Shown: positions 40,401-49,900 of the stretch, piece by piece
How the letters are laid out: every line of letters starts with the position of its first letter
How positions within the stretch are numbered: position 1 is the first letter of the stretch
Origin: Candidatus Limnocylindrales bacterium
Lineage (GTDB): Bacteria; Verrucomicrobiota; Verrucomicrobiia; Limisphaerales; UBA11358
Assembly: GCA_035604955.1 (NCBI GenBank)
Contig: DATNHM010000056.1
Span: forward strand, 22,733 to 86,732
Direction of reading: 5' to 3'
Length of the DNA stretch: 64,000 nt
Position numbers and translations under genes: made by a program
The notes under the pieces: model-generated
The model's database searches: none
Seen by the model: only the letters and a program-made list of their open reading frames with translations
Told to the model about the DNA's origin: nothing

Positions 40401-43400
40401 TAATCGGCTCATATTGGCTTGTGGTGGGATAAATCCAGCCTTCAAAGGTCAGATTGCTCACTGCCAGACTCGCGGAAGGTCCGATGGTTACCGAACTGGA
40501 ACTGCCATTGAAATTGAAGGCCTGCCCAACTTTACCTGCCTGGTAGGTGATGTTCGGCGCGCTGACGGCGTTATTGCCAAAGCCGCTGCTGTCATTGGTG
40601 TTATTTTCGGCGCGCCACCATCCGACAATGCCCGGCCCGCGATAGCGGAAGGTCAGGACATAAGTCTGGCCAGCCACGGTGGGCAGGGTGCTGGAAACCG
40701 TGCCATTGGCCAGCGCCAGGAATTGGTTTCCGGCGTCGGCATTGGCAGGATCATTCACCACACTCACCTGATTGCCGAGTACGTTCCACACATTCGTTCC
40801 GTCATTGAAAGTGGTTGTGTAATCCCCTGGCGTAGCGGAATCAAAACCACTGGCAGCAAGGTTGGTTGAAGATGTGTTCGGCAAAAACGGCGGTACCGCA
40901 AACTTGATGGGTGTGGTCGTCAGGTTCGTGTTCTCGGTGAAGACCAGATAATTGTAATTGGTGATGACGGCAGTCACGCTCGCGGCGTCCAGCAACATCC
41001 CCGGTTCAAGGCCTTGAATCTGCAATGCGGTGGTGCCGCTGGTGGCTGTAAAAGTAATGGTTTGGGGCTGCCAGGTGGTGTTGTTGCCAAAGAAGGTGTT
41101 GGTGGTGACGCCGTTAATGCTGACTTGCGCTTCAGCCAGGGCCCCTGGAATAGACTTGTTGGGATTAAAATCGCCGTTTGTACCGTCGGCGTAAATGGCC
41201 TGGATTTCAGACGCGGACAAACTTCTGCCATAGAAACCGAGCTCGTCAATCGAACCGTCGAAGTAATCCTGGGTAACACCGGGCGCTCGCAGCCACGCGC
41301 CAATCGTCACCGGCGTGGTGGACGCGTACACCGGTACCGGGGCATTGATGTGCACGCCAACCGGCGCCCCGTTCACATAAAGGCGCCGAGTTCCCGTCGC
41401 GCTGTCGTAAGTCGCGGCGACATGATTCCATTGATTCAAAGTCAGCACATTTGCGACAACGAACGCCTGAAACACAGCATTGCCCTGATTCGCCAAATCG
41501 CTGATCGAAAAGCCAAGACCCTTCCCCACGTCGGTTTGAAAACTGTAACTCCGTTCGTTGCTATAAGTCCCTTGGTCTCCCCATTTCACCAAAATCTTTG
41601 CTTCTTTATCAACCAGCGGATAAATCCATCCTTCAATCGAGAAGGCCCCCGTAGGATTGAGGGAAGGCGCGTTGAGAATCCCGACATCGTTGTTCGCCCC
41701 GTTAAAGCTAAAGGCCGAACCAACTTCGCCCAAACCATAAGCGCCGGTGCCGTTCCAAGTGCCGTCATTTCCACCACCCGCGCTGTCAAGCGGGTTGTTC
41801 TCGCCGCGCCACATGCTGACGATGTCCGGCCCACGATACTGGAACGTCAGAGTATAGGTGGCGCCCGGTACCGTAGCCAGGGTCGTGTACAGCGTGCCAT
41901 TGGCCAGCGCCAGCAGGTTGCTATTGCCTGTATAGGCATTGACCGGGTCGGTTTGAACGCTGACTTGATTGCCGGCCACAATCCAACCGCCCACGGGCTG
42001 GCCGGCGGCATAGTCTCCCGGCGCCACCGTATCAAAGTCGCTGGCCAGCGCATTATTGGTGGTAACGGTGGCGACCCCGCCTGCGCCGTTGGGATCGGTG
42101 CCGCCGCGGTTTTCCATCAGCAACTCGCGCGTGCCGTCGGGACTGATCAAGTGGAACACCAGATCCGAAATGCGCGGATGCTGCACCGCAATGGCCACGT
42201 CCATTGACGAAATGATTTGGTTGTCCGGCACGTTGATCTGATCGGTCGTCACGGCGTCATCCAGAATCGGGATGGGCGTGTCGGTGGAACTGTAAATCGT
42301 CTGGGCCGGCACAAACGGCAGGTCAATGGTCGCAAAAAGGGTCACCTCTTGTACCGCCGACTTGGGGTTGGGATTAAACAGGCCGATAAAATAGCGGCCC
42401 GAAACCAATGGCGGGCCGAGGGATATAACGCCATTCGGAGTGAGCGGCACCACCGCATCATAATTATTTGTGGTCGGCTCCGAGCCGAATTTGACAAAAA
42501 GTTCGACCGGCGGAGTGGCCGTGTCGGTAAGGTTTGTGGCATAAACCGTCAGGTCGGTCGCCCCGGGCGGCACGTCAACGAAAGTGTAAACCCAACTGCC
42601 GCCTGGAACGTAATTCGTTATGACGCCAACCGTGGGATCCAGGTGCGGGTAAATCGTTGTGGTGAAACCGTTCACCGCTCCGGTTTGCGTCAGTGAATCA
42701 TCCACTTCATTCAACATCCACACGCCGAGGCCTTGTTGGCCGAAATAGCCGATCAAACTACCCGGCCCATCCGACGGGCGCGAACCGGGAATGCCGCCGC
42801 CCGCGCTGTCGTCATAGGTCAGGAAATACGGTCCGGGCGGACCGCCCAGGGAATCGTGATTATTCAGCACATCGGCGTGAGCGCCATTGAGCGTGAGCGT
42901 GCCGATCAGGTCGCCGAAATTCTGATGCGTAATCTCGTTGGCAACCGTGACCGTTCCCACCGTCTCCGGATAGATCGCCAGGCCGAAGACGTAGCCTTTG
43001 CCCGGAACGGTCGGGCTCCCGTCGGGGATATTCATTGGCACCGGCACGCCATACACCGTCTGAACTCCGTTGTTCATTGTGCTGAACGGTGCCGCGCTGA
43101 AGATGGCAATGAAGCCGTACTCGGCCGATTGCTGATCCTCCGACTTCACGCCGACATAATAAACGTTCGGAGCAGGTCTTGACCACGAATTGGTGTCCAC
43201 GACAAATTCCGTGGTTCCTCGCCCCAACGATGCGCCGGCGAATGGGCCGCCGGGCGGCGCGCCAATCTGCGTGCCGACGACGGCGTTGGAAATCGCCGCG
43301 GGGTTCAGATTGGTGATTGACGGATCGGTGGTCACGTACATGTCAATGTCCGCTTCGCGCGTGGCATTGCCGACCGAGGTTTGATAAACACCCAGGCGAG

Positions 43401-46400
43401 GAATGGAGAGCGTGTCTGGGTCAGGCGCGTTCGGGTTAAATGTGATAAACGCCGCGTTGGAAAGACTGGACGGGTTGAGGTTGGTGACGACATAGAATTG
43501 CCACTGGTTGGTCTGGCCGACGGTCACCTGCCAGTTGTTCGGCCCGAAACCCTCCGGAGCGCTGGCGGTGAACGGAATCGTATTCGTGCCCAGCAATGGG
43601 CTGTTCGCGCCGGCAAACTGGTTCAGCAATTCTGCAAAGCTGGTGGCCGTAGGCCCGCTTCCTGCAGAAGTTTGGGAGGGATAAGTGATTTGCTGGTCGC
43701 CCGTGGCGTTGTACACCGACGAAGTGGTGTTGGAGGTCACCATCATCACATTAGTCAGCCCGCTGTTGCCGGTGGAAATCACCAGCGCATAATCCTGAAC
43801 GACATTGTTGGTCTGCGCGGTGACGGCGTTGACGTTGACGCGGTAGCCCAGGACGGTGACGGAAAAATTCGTGCCCGCCCCCGGCTGCAAATAAACGTTT
43901 TGCACGTTGTTGATGGAGTCAAAGACCGGCGGCGTGTTGGTGGCGTGCGGGTTGTTAACCGTCGAAGAGCCAATGTCGTTGCCGTAATAGACAATCGGAT
44001 TGGTCGGGTTGCTGAGGTTGGTCACGACCAAAACCAGGTTGTTCACGAGTTTGATGGCGGCGGCGGGGTCGCCGGGCGGATCGGTCCACGCCAGCGTCAC
44101 GCGCAACGGCGCCCCATTGGTGGCAAAGGTGACTTGATAGGTCTGGCTGCCTCCGGTCGCCAAGGCATTGGCCGGGCTTTGGTCCTGAATGTAAGCGGAA
44201 CAAGCCACGCTGAGCTGGTTGGTGACGCCCGGCGGCAGCGAATCCGGCAGGTTTACCAATCCCCAGCCTTCGTAATTGAGCGTGTTTTGGACCAGGAAAT
44301 TGTAGAGGCCTGTCGCCTGCCCGCCGTTGATGATCATCGCCTTGAGCATCGCCGGGCTGGGCAGAACGTTGTAGGCATTGAAGTAAAATTGCTGCATCAA
44401 CGCCAGCACGCCCGACACGTCCGCCGCCGCCATGCTGGTGCCGGTTTCATAGCGGTAATACGGCCCCTGCCCGGTGCTGAGGGAATTAGGCGTCCCAATG
44501 GAATTGTCCAGATTGCTCAACGCCAGAAAATAATTCCCGCTGCCGTTGGTCGTGATGACATCCGTCCGCAAATCGAAAATCACCTGATTGGGCGTGTTGT
44601 TGCTGATGGCAAAATTGAAACCGAAAAAGCTTTGCGAATTGTAAATCGCTGTGAGGCTTGGAGTCCCGGTAGTGCCGGGAATCAACACTGGATAATTGGT
44701 GAAGGGACCGTACACAGTCGGCGAACCGAACAAAGTAATTCTCAGGGGAAGATCGGCAAAACTGAACGGCGAGTTGGCATTCGGAAAAGTCCAGATCTGG
44801 CATTCCACCGTATTGGTCGGAATCGTCGGAAACGGCCGGGAAACAATTGAACCCGGCTGGACCGTGAAACCGGTGTAATATTTTGACTGGTCGTTGGTCG
44901 GGTTTTGATAAAAATACGTTCCGATGTCCCATTGTTCGGAGCGGGTGGACAGGGTGAACGTGCCCGGCGCGCAGACATCCGGTTTGTAACGGCCAACCGA
45001 GCCTTCGATGCCGACGCCTACGTTGCCCCGGCTCGAAAATCCGGCGACGCGATAGCGGGTGGAAGTCTCATCCGCCCACGACGTGTTGGGTGAACCGTCG
45101 GCATTGGTCACCGTGACCGAGATGTTGCGGTCTTCCTGAATCGCGCCGACCGTGATGACGTCCTTGGCCGTGGCGGGCGACTCAATCGAGTCGGCTACGC
45201 CGCCGCCGAGGTCCTCGCTGTCGCTGCCGTTGCCGGCGTTGCCGGCGGCGAAGACAAACAACACCGGTTGCGAACCTGTGACAAAGGGAAGTGCGTCGCG
45301 CGTGGCCGCGTCGTAGCTGGCCGCCGCCAGGTCATAAACGCTGTCGCCTTCATAGACCCAACTGTTGTTGGAAATGAGCGCGTTGGTCAGCGCCGGAACC
45401 GTCTGAAAATAATAGTCGGAAATGAAATTTGAAGTCGCCTCCGCGCCGCCGAAAATGCCACCCACCGAATACAACGTCGCTCCCGGCGCCATGCCGCGAA
45501 ATTCGTAATTGGTGCCCGTGCCGCCGGGCAGAGTTGAACCCGGCGCGTTGGTCACGGTCGTGGATTTCGCGCCGTCACCGGCGATGATGCCCGCCACGTG
45601 CGTGCCGTGGCCGTTGGTGTCCACCAGGCTTTGCGGCGCGTCCCCAATGACGCCGGGGGTAATTTTGTTATAGTTGCCGCCGCCGGATAAATCGGGATGC
45701 TGAGCGTCAATGCCGGTATCGTTCACCTCCACCGTCACACCCGCGCCCGTCAACCCCAGATAATTGGTCGCCGTAAGACTGTCGGCGGCCACGCCATTGG
45801 CGGCGCGCGACAAATCATTCGCCACGGCGCGCCGATGGAATGGCTCCACGATTTGGACCCCGGGCAGAGTGGCCAGGGCCGTCCAATTTTTCGGCGGAAT
45901 GACGCGCACGACGGGACCGAACGGCGACTGGTCATCGCCCACGACCTGGCCGCCGAGTTTTTCAATTTGCTGGACCGTCGCCGGCGCGTTGTCGGCAAAC
46001 AATCCGAGTTTCAACGCCTGGCCGTCCGCCAACTGATTTTGGTTGACCGCCGGATAAAGGAGCGATGACTGTATCTTGTAATACGGTTCGTAGGGAACAA
46101 CCGTCTGCGTCTGCGGATTGGCGCTCAAAACTCCGGCCACGCTGGCGGAGGCGCGCACCAGATAGGCGTCGTTCGGAATATAGGCAACCATCGTCGCGCC
46201 CGCCTGCGCGAGCATGGCCCGGAAGGCATTGTCAATCGGGCCGCGCGCCTGGACGATGTATGCGCCGGGGTCGCCCGGCGATTGCAGGTTTTTGGGGAAG
46301 ACAAAATTGAGCGGCAGGCTCGTATCCATCAACGCGTTCGCCAATAAAATCGCATGGCGGTCGCCGACCAACTGGCCGATGGATTTGGTGGTGTTGCTCA

Positions 46401-46635
46401 GACGCCCGGCAAACCTGTTGGTGTTCCACTCCGCCAGGCTGATTTGCGTCACGTTTGTGTTGATTACCCCCTGGCTTGAAACCACCGGCGCGGTTGAAGC
46501 GGGATGGGTGGCGACCGTCGTCGGGACGATGTTGCTTATCTGCCCCGGCGAATGGTTGCCGTGGTGCCAAAGCAGCCAGGCCCCGGTCCCACACAACAGG
46601 CACAACAGCCCCCAGATCAATGATCGCGCACGCAT
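37435..46635 (-). CDS. giant (3066 aa) secreted multidomain subtilisin-like S8 serine peptidase with P-domain-like, LamG-like and repeated beta-sandwich modules
   Basis: N-terminal signal/anchor MRARSLIWGLLCLLCGTGAWLL. Catalytic triad contexts VNDTGID (Asp ~306), GHGTHVAGIIAG (His ~343) and GTSMAAADVSGVLALM (Ser ~734). Post-catalytic LRVTLAWTDPPGD. Proprotein-convertase P-domain-like segments (HQNFGDLIGTLTLNG; VQHPRISDLVFHLISPDGT; NWTLEIQDD). Two LamG-like modules (GWIYP...DELGFYGRSLSASEIQAIY; GWIYP...MDEISIYNRALSASEIKAIY). About five copies of a ~105-aa PPC-like module (..NVWFNQ...PPLVPGATYYLGVQN..). Three copies of a terminal QW..PTN.QY...W.TNL...W......F.D......KFYRL domain. Confidence 0.9.
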   Translation of the reverse strand: MRARSLIWGLLCLLCGTGAWLLWHHGNHSPGQISNIVPTTVATHPASTAPVVSSQGVINTNVTQISLAEWNTNRFAGRLSNTTKSIGQLVGDRHAILLANALMDTSLPLNFVFPKNLQSPGDPGAYIVQARGPIDNAFRAMLAQAGATMVAYIPNDAYLVRASASVAGVLSANPQTQTVVPYEPYYKIQSSLLYPAVNQNQLADGQALKLGLFADNAPATVQQIEKLGGQVVGDDQSPFGPVVRVIPPKNWTALATLPGVQIVEPFHRRAVANDLSRAANGVAADSLTATNYLGLTGAGVTVEVNDTGIDAQHPDLSGGGNYNKITPGVIGDAPQSLVDTNGHGTHVAGIIAGDGAKSTTVTNAPGSTLPGGTGTNYEFRGMAPGATLYSVGGIFGGAEATSNFISDYYFQTVPALTNALISNNSWVYEGDSVYDLAAASYDAATRDALPFVTGSQPVLFVFAAGNAGNGSDSEDLGGGVADSIESPATAKDVITVGAIQEDRNISVTVTNADGSPNTSWADETSTRYRVAGFSSRGNVGVGIEGSVGRYKPDVCAPGTFTLSTRSEQWDIGTYFYQNPTNDQSKYYTGFTVQPGSIVSRPFPTIPTNTVECQIWTFPNANSPFSFADLPLRITLFGSPTVYGPFTNYPVLIPGTTGTPSLTAIYNSQSFFGFNFAISNNTPNQVIFDLRTDVITTNGSGNYFLALSNLDNSIGTPNSLSTGQGPYYRYETGTSMAAADVSGVLALMQQFYFNAYNVLPSPAMLKAMIINGGQATGLYNFLVQNTLNYEGWGLVNLPDSLPPGVTNQLSVACSAYIQDQSPANALATGGSQTYQVTFATNGAPLRVTLAWTDPPGDPAAAIKLVNNLVLVVTNLSNPTNPIVYYGNDIGSSTVNNPHATNTPPVFDSINNVQNVYLQPGAGTNFSVTVLGYRVNVNAVTAQTNNVVQDYALVISTGNSGLTNVMMVTSNTTSSVYNATGDQQITYPSQTSAGSGPTATSFAELLNQFAGANSPLLGTNTIPFTASAPEGFGPNNWQVTVGQTNQWQFYVVTNLNPSSLSNAAFITFNPNAPDPDTLSIPRLGVYQTSVGNATREADIDMYVTTDPSITNLNPAAISNAVVGTQIGAPPGGPFAGASLGRGTTEFVVDTNSWSRPAPNVYYVGVKSEDQQSAEYGFIAIFSAAPFSTMNNGVQTVYGVPVPMNIPDGSPTVPGKGYVFGLAIYPETVGTVTVANEITHQNFGDLIGTLTLNGAHADVLNNHDSLGGPPGPYFLTYDDSAGGGIPGSRPSDGPGSLIGYFGQQGLGVWMLNEVDDSLTQTGAVNGFTTTIYPHLDPTVGVITNYVPGGSWVYTFVDVPPGATDLTVYATNLTDTATPPVELFVKFGSEPTTNNYDAVVPLTPNGVISLGPPLVSGRYFIGLFNPNPKSAVQEVTLFATIDLPFVPAQTIYSSTDTPIPILDDAVTTDQINVPDNQIISSMDVAIAVQHPRISDLVFHLISPDGTRELLMENRGGTDPNGAGGVATVTTNNALASDFDTVAPGDYAAGQPVGGWIVAGNQVSVQTDPVNAYTGNSNLLALANGTLYTTLATVPGATYTLTFQYRGPDIVSMWRGENNPLDSAGGGNDGTWNGTGAYGLGEVGSAFSFNGANNDVGILNAPSLNPTGAFSIEGWIYPLVDKEAKILVKWGDQGTYSNERSYSFQTDVGKGLGFSISDLANQGNAVFQAFVVANVLTLNQWNHVAATYDSATGTRRLYVNGAPVGVHINAPVPVYASTTPVTIGAWLRAPGVTQDYFDGSIDELGFYGRSLSASEIQAIYADGTNGDFNPNKSIPGALAEAQVSINGVTTNTFFGNNTTWQPQTITFTATSGTTALQIQGLEPGMLLDAASVTAVITNYNYLVFTENTNLTTTPIKFAVPPFLPNTSSTNLAASGFDSATPGDYTTTFNDGTNVWNVLGNQVSVVNDPANADAGNQFLALANGTVSSTLPTVAGQTYVLTFRYRGPGIVGWWRAENNTNDSSGFGNNAVSAPNITYQAGKVGQAFNFNGSSSSVTIGPSASLAVSNLTFEGWIYPTTSQYEPIIDYGGPGQGSAAHLWINGSGLSTIPGAIYANLRPNANVAITSSGGIVPANAWSHIAFTYNLATATEYLYYNGGQVQVNVATPDIPPSIGEPVNLGWRNNAEALNGTRYAGLMDEISIYNRALSASEIKAIYQNGSAGKFDSGEPNPQSLAEAQVSINGGTPTTLLGNDSAWQTKTIVFTATQNATPLQIASVEPGMLLDSFSLSPSVNNLYYLPEQSLDTYDGLNAQGNWTLEIQDDRVGATNPIPELLSWQLRFNYVTFGTNANAIPPGTTATNVIPAGGWTNYLINVPANADVATNILVFATGPLNVWFNSATPPPPGNNLLLSGVINGTSVLSTFSVPTNIVPGGIYYIGLQNPNAFPVTSGFQVNFHYFQTTPVTPGVPVTNTVAGAISGDGVDYYSVKVPPDADYATNLLLSSTVPVNMWFNQSRPPVCLTPPDYLLIANALSGTNVLSTNSVPPLLPGLTYYLAVQNTNAGNATYALVVNFHHIASSLTNGVPTTNSVPTNSFVYYSVTLPTNADYATNLLLFASLPVNVWFNQTGLPTGTNPPDYLLIPNATSGISILSAGSTPPLVPGATYYLGVQNTNNVPVNFGLEVDFHLVIPIPITGPTLTQTNVNGTNGFLLQWTGPTNDQYTIQWKTNLAPVIPWNTVSNPVINVTYTPTNGDYSWFDDGSLTGGWPPEKFYRLVANLLSGPITNSTPVTNIVVSGTITPLTVTVPTNAIAATNVLVSASGPVDVWFNQNTPPTGNTGAGDVLLVSTNTSGTFVLTGSSTPPLVPGANYYLGIQSLGTSNVIFSFQVNFAYGSPPTNPPSISSITVTNVGGTNEILLQWTEPTNYQFQVEWATNLAPAIAWHTISNVVLKWPVALSPTNAAYGLFQFLDDGSLTGGWGPLKFYRLVEYPYSTPIPQSLTIINTAMIGNAVWFQWVAPTNYQYSVLWTTNLGLPLSNWFVLSNPVLGLSNGVYTFTDTNQTGPATSPKFFRLLER

Positions 46636-46707
46636 AAACTACCTCATCGTTGTTTAGTATTTCACAAGATTTTCTTTAAAGCGAGAAAAGAATCCGAAAG
46701 TTTCAAC

Positions 46708-46737
46708 CACGGATAGACACGGATAAACACGGATTGA
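46708..46737. repeat. 3 x 10-bp direct repeat upstream of the giant gene
   Basis: CACGGATAGA CACGGATAAA CACGGATTGA, 73-102 nt upstream of the ATG at 46635. Confidence 0.85.
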
Positions 46738-46743
46738 TTGGTA

Positions 46744-46766
46744 GGGCGGGCAGTCCCCTGCCCGCC
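46744..46766. repeat. GC-rich REP-like hairpin
   Basis: GGGCGGGCAG-tccc-CTGCCCGCC. It is followed by further small hairpins (CGTC..GACG, GCGCA..TGCGC). Confidence 0.7.
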
Positions 46767-46950
46767 GCCCGTCTGAACGCAAAAGACGGCGCGCACGGAG
46801 TGATGCGCCCTGCCTGCGAACGTTTTTGTTCTATCCGCGTGCATCTGTATCCATTTGTGGTTCAATTTGCTTTCTTCATTCGGCCCCAATCGGCTCGCGG
46901 GTACGCTCGCCCCACCAACCCTGCCAGATTGTCTTCTTTATTCTTCATTC

Positions 46951-46978
46951 AGCCTTCAGCCTTTAGCCTTTAGCCTTT
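46951..46978. repeat. heptamer array AGCCTTC AGCCTTT AGCCTTT AGCCTTT
   Basis: Read directly, 3 nt downstream (in gene orientation) of the stop of the 1454-aa gene. A weaker 7-nt periodicity (TCTTTAT TCTTCAT) continues to about 46933. Confidence 0.9.
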
Positions 46979-46981
46979 ACT

Positions 46982-49900
46982 TCAGTCGGCCGGCAAAACG
47001 TTAAACTGTTCAATCACCGCCGTGTTGTTGGTCACCGACGGTACCGTAATCCAATAGTACACGTTCGGAGCGGGATTGGTCAGAACAACACTGTTAACCC
47101 GCGTGCCATTAAAGCGCACCACGGCGCGGGTGGCCGCCTCCGCCACCACCTGATAATTCGTGACCATGCCGAAAAACGGCCCGCTGCCGGTGTAGATGCC
47201 GTTCGGCGCAGGCTTCAAGGTCTGGCCATAGCTGTAAATGACGTAGCGCGGCGTATCGCTGACGTGCAACAGCGACATCACCTGCTCCGGCAGCCACTCG
47301 TACATCTCGTCGCTGACGCCATTTACCTGTTGGACGGTATCGTTCCAGTTCAGGAACGGCGATTGCCAGGTCAATTGCGGAACGGCCAGAATATCGCCGA
47401 CATGCTCAAACGAGCCGACCAGGCCGTCCGGATTGACGAAATTGGTGCGGGTTTGATTGATGCCCGCCACCAGTTGCCCCAGAGCCGAATTCAATCCCGG
47501 CGGGCCGGCGGGATTAATCGCAAACGGGGTAAAATTCCCCAATGAGCCATTGTGTTGGTCGGGCGGGGTCAAGGACCATACAGGCTGAGCCGCCCCTTTA
47601 ATGGTCGCGTCAATTGCATTATTGGAAAGCACGATGACACCACTGAACAAAGCCGACCACGCCGCAAGTCCGGCCTGCGGCGAAGGGTTCCCGGCATCCA
47701 CATTCACCGATAATTGGCCCAGCGTGGCGTTGTTGTTGGGCGCCGCAGTGAAAATATCAAACAACAGCCGGTCCTGTGCTGGCGCAGCGTTGGCCGCGTC
47801 ATAGTATTGGCCGTTGACGGACGAGGTGAGCAGCGTGTCCCCAGTCCACTGTGCCCAAGTGTTGGTTCCGATGTAGTTCGTGGTGCTACCGCTCACCAGG
47901 GTTTGCTGAAGAATGTCCGGCGACTTGAGATAAACCGTCTGCCACGGCGTGCCGCGATGGACCCGGCCCAGCCAGCCGACCGACGGGAATTTATAACTCG
48001 GAAAATCCCAGTCATCCGACTGCCACACCAGCGGATCCTTGAGGGCCAAATTGGAGGGATTCTGGTCTTCGTTTGGCAGCCTCCAATTGCCGCCCCATGG
48101 CCGGTAACTCTGGTTCAACTGGCCAAGATTGCCGTTTGGACTGTTGGTCATCAGGCTGTCCACGTACCTATCGTACACAATGGCGCTTTCTCCGTTCAGA
48201 CCCCAATTCAAATCGCCGGCCAGGTAATGAACCAAGGGATCGTTCGCCTGCCAGGAAACGTGTTGGACGACCGCGGCCGTGGGCGTATAGGGCGCTTGGT
48301 TGGAAAGGCTCGTCTGACCGATAGCAATGGCCGTCGCTTCACCAGCGCCGTAAGGCGGAGGCGGCGTGTAACCCATAAAGGCGCTGAATCCCGCGATTTC
48401 ATTGGCAAGCTGGGTGGGAGAGGTCGTATTCCAAATACCGCTGGATGAACTGGCTGTATAAAGGCCCATGGATACACCCACTTGACTGAGAATCCCGACG
48501 GGCACCCCACTTTGATCGAAGTTCGTATTCCACAGCTCGCTTCCGCTGGCTTGAGCAGTATTGATCGGAGCGTTATAGTTGGTGATGATTTCGGAGGTCA
48601 AATCGCGGTAACTGTCCGGCCCGCTCAACTGCACGTAGTCAATCACCCGATTCGGATTAACGGTGGTATCCAACATAAACACCTGAAATTCGTTGGACGT
48701 GGTCAAAAACCAATGCGGTTGAGGATAGAGGTTGCCGTTGATGTTCACGCCCGTTTCAAAAGGCAACGCCTGATTGGTCGTCAACGAACGCGGGGGATAA
48801 GTGATCCCATTGTACGTCAGCCCATTGATGAGGTATGTCGAGTTGGTGATGACGGTGACGTTCGTATAGAGTGGAATCTGGAATGAGAGCTGGGAACCAA
48901 GCGGATCCGTCACCGGATTGTAACCGGGCCAGACATATCCAGCGGTAATTTGAAGGTTGCTGGCAATCGGGAAAGCCGGATAGTCGGCGGAGAAGCCTTC
49001 ATCGTTCGTCAGGGCCGCATGCCTTAAATTATCCCTCACATAAATGACCATGCTGTCGTTAAATGAATTGGTGTACGAATTCCAGCATTCCACGCCAAAC
49101 TGATTGGAAATGTTGAGGTTGAACATTTGATTAAAATGGTAGTCGCCGGGATTGTTGGCGTAAGTGTCATTGGTGCTCAGACGCGTGACCTGCAACTTGC
49201 GGGTCAGTTGAAAGGCGCTTTCCATGTCGAATTTGTTGAAATGCGGGAAACCTTTCTTCGCGCCAATAATCCACGGCACGCCATAGACGTTCACATTCGT
49301 GTAAACAAAAGCGGGGCCATAACCGACAGGGTTAGGCGGATCAGGAATGGGACTTATCAAATCGGTGACCTCCACCGGCAGAGCCAGTTGAGGATCGCCT
49401 GGACCCGTGACAGTCCCAAGCTCAATTTGCCCGTTGGCATCGTAGTAGGAGCCGACCGGTTCATAACCGGCGATATAAACATTGGTGAAGCCGTTCTCAT
49501 TGGTGACCCAAAACGTCGGGCGGAAAACAGACGGGAAATTAGCACCAAGTGCGAACGTATTATTTGTGGTGGCATCATAAATATTGGCGGCGAGCTGGAG
49601 GACGCGCTGAACGGCGGGGGTATAGACAAATTGGTTATCCACAAACACCGGAACGTGTGAAATGCCAAAGGGCAAGGGAATGTTCGTGGGGTTCAGCACG
49701 GGATTGGCCGCCGTACTGATGTTGGTGAAACTGCCGTAAGTCGCCACGTAGTTTGATGGGTTTGCCACCATCCATTCCTGCGAATAATCGCGCAGCATCC
49801 GGTCGGCGGCGTTGGTGAAAAATTGCAGCGGCGTCCACGGAATGAGATTCGTTTCCATGTCGGGAACGACGTTGCCGTTGGCATCCACGTTCACGTAATT

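Noticed and set aside
37834-44850. Long plus-strand ORFs inside the giant gene (for example 37834-39225 at 463 aa, 39961-40869, 41014-42207, 43381-44850 at 489 aa).
   Set aside because: They are antisense shadows of the 3066-aa minus-strand ORF in high-GC DNA. Their products are Arg/Gly/His/Val-rich and low in complexity, with no motifs. The minus-strand frame carries clear S8, LamG and P-domain signatures over the same nucleotides.
46662-46973. Small ORFs 46662-46889 (-) and 46734-46973 (+) upstream of the giant gene, and 33830-34083 within the MITE-like element.
   Set aside because: They are made almost entirely of translated repeats and hairpins (for example ..SVFIRVYPW.., ..IPKGFHRSAQG..). 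This is typical of repeat-derived pseudo-ORFs.
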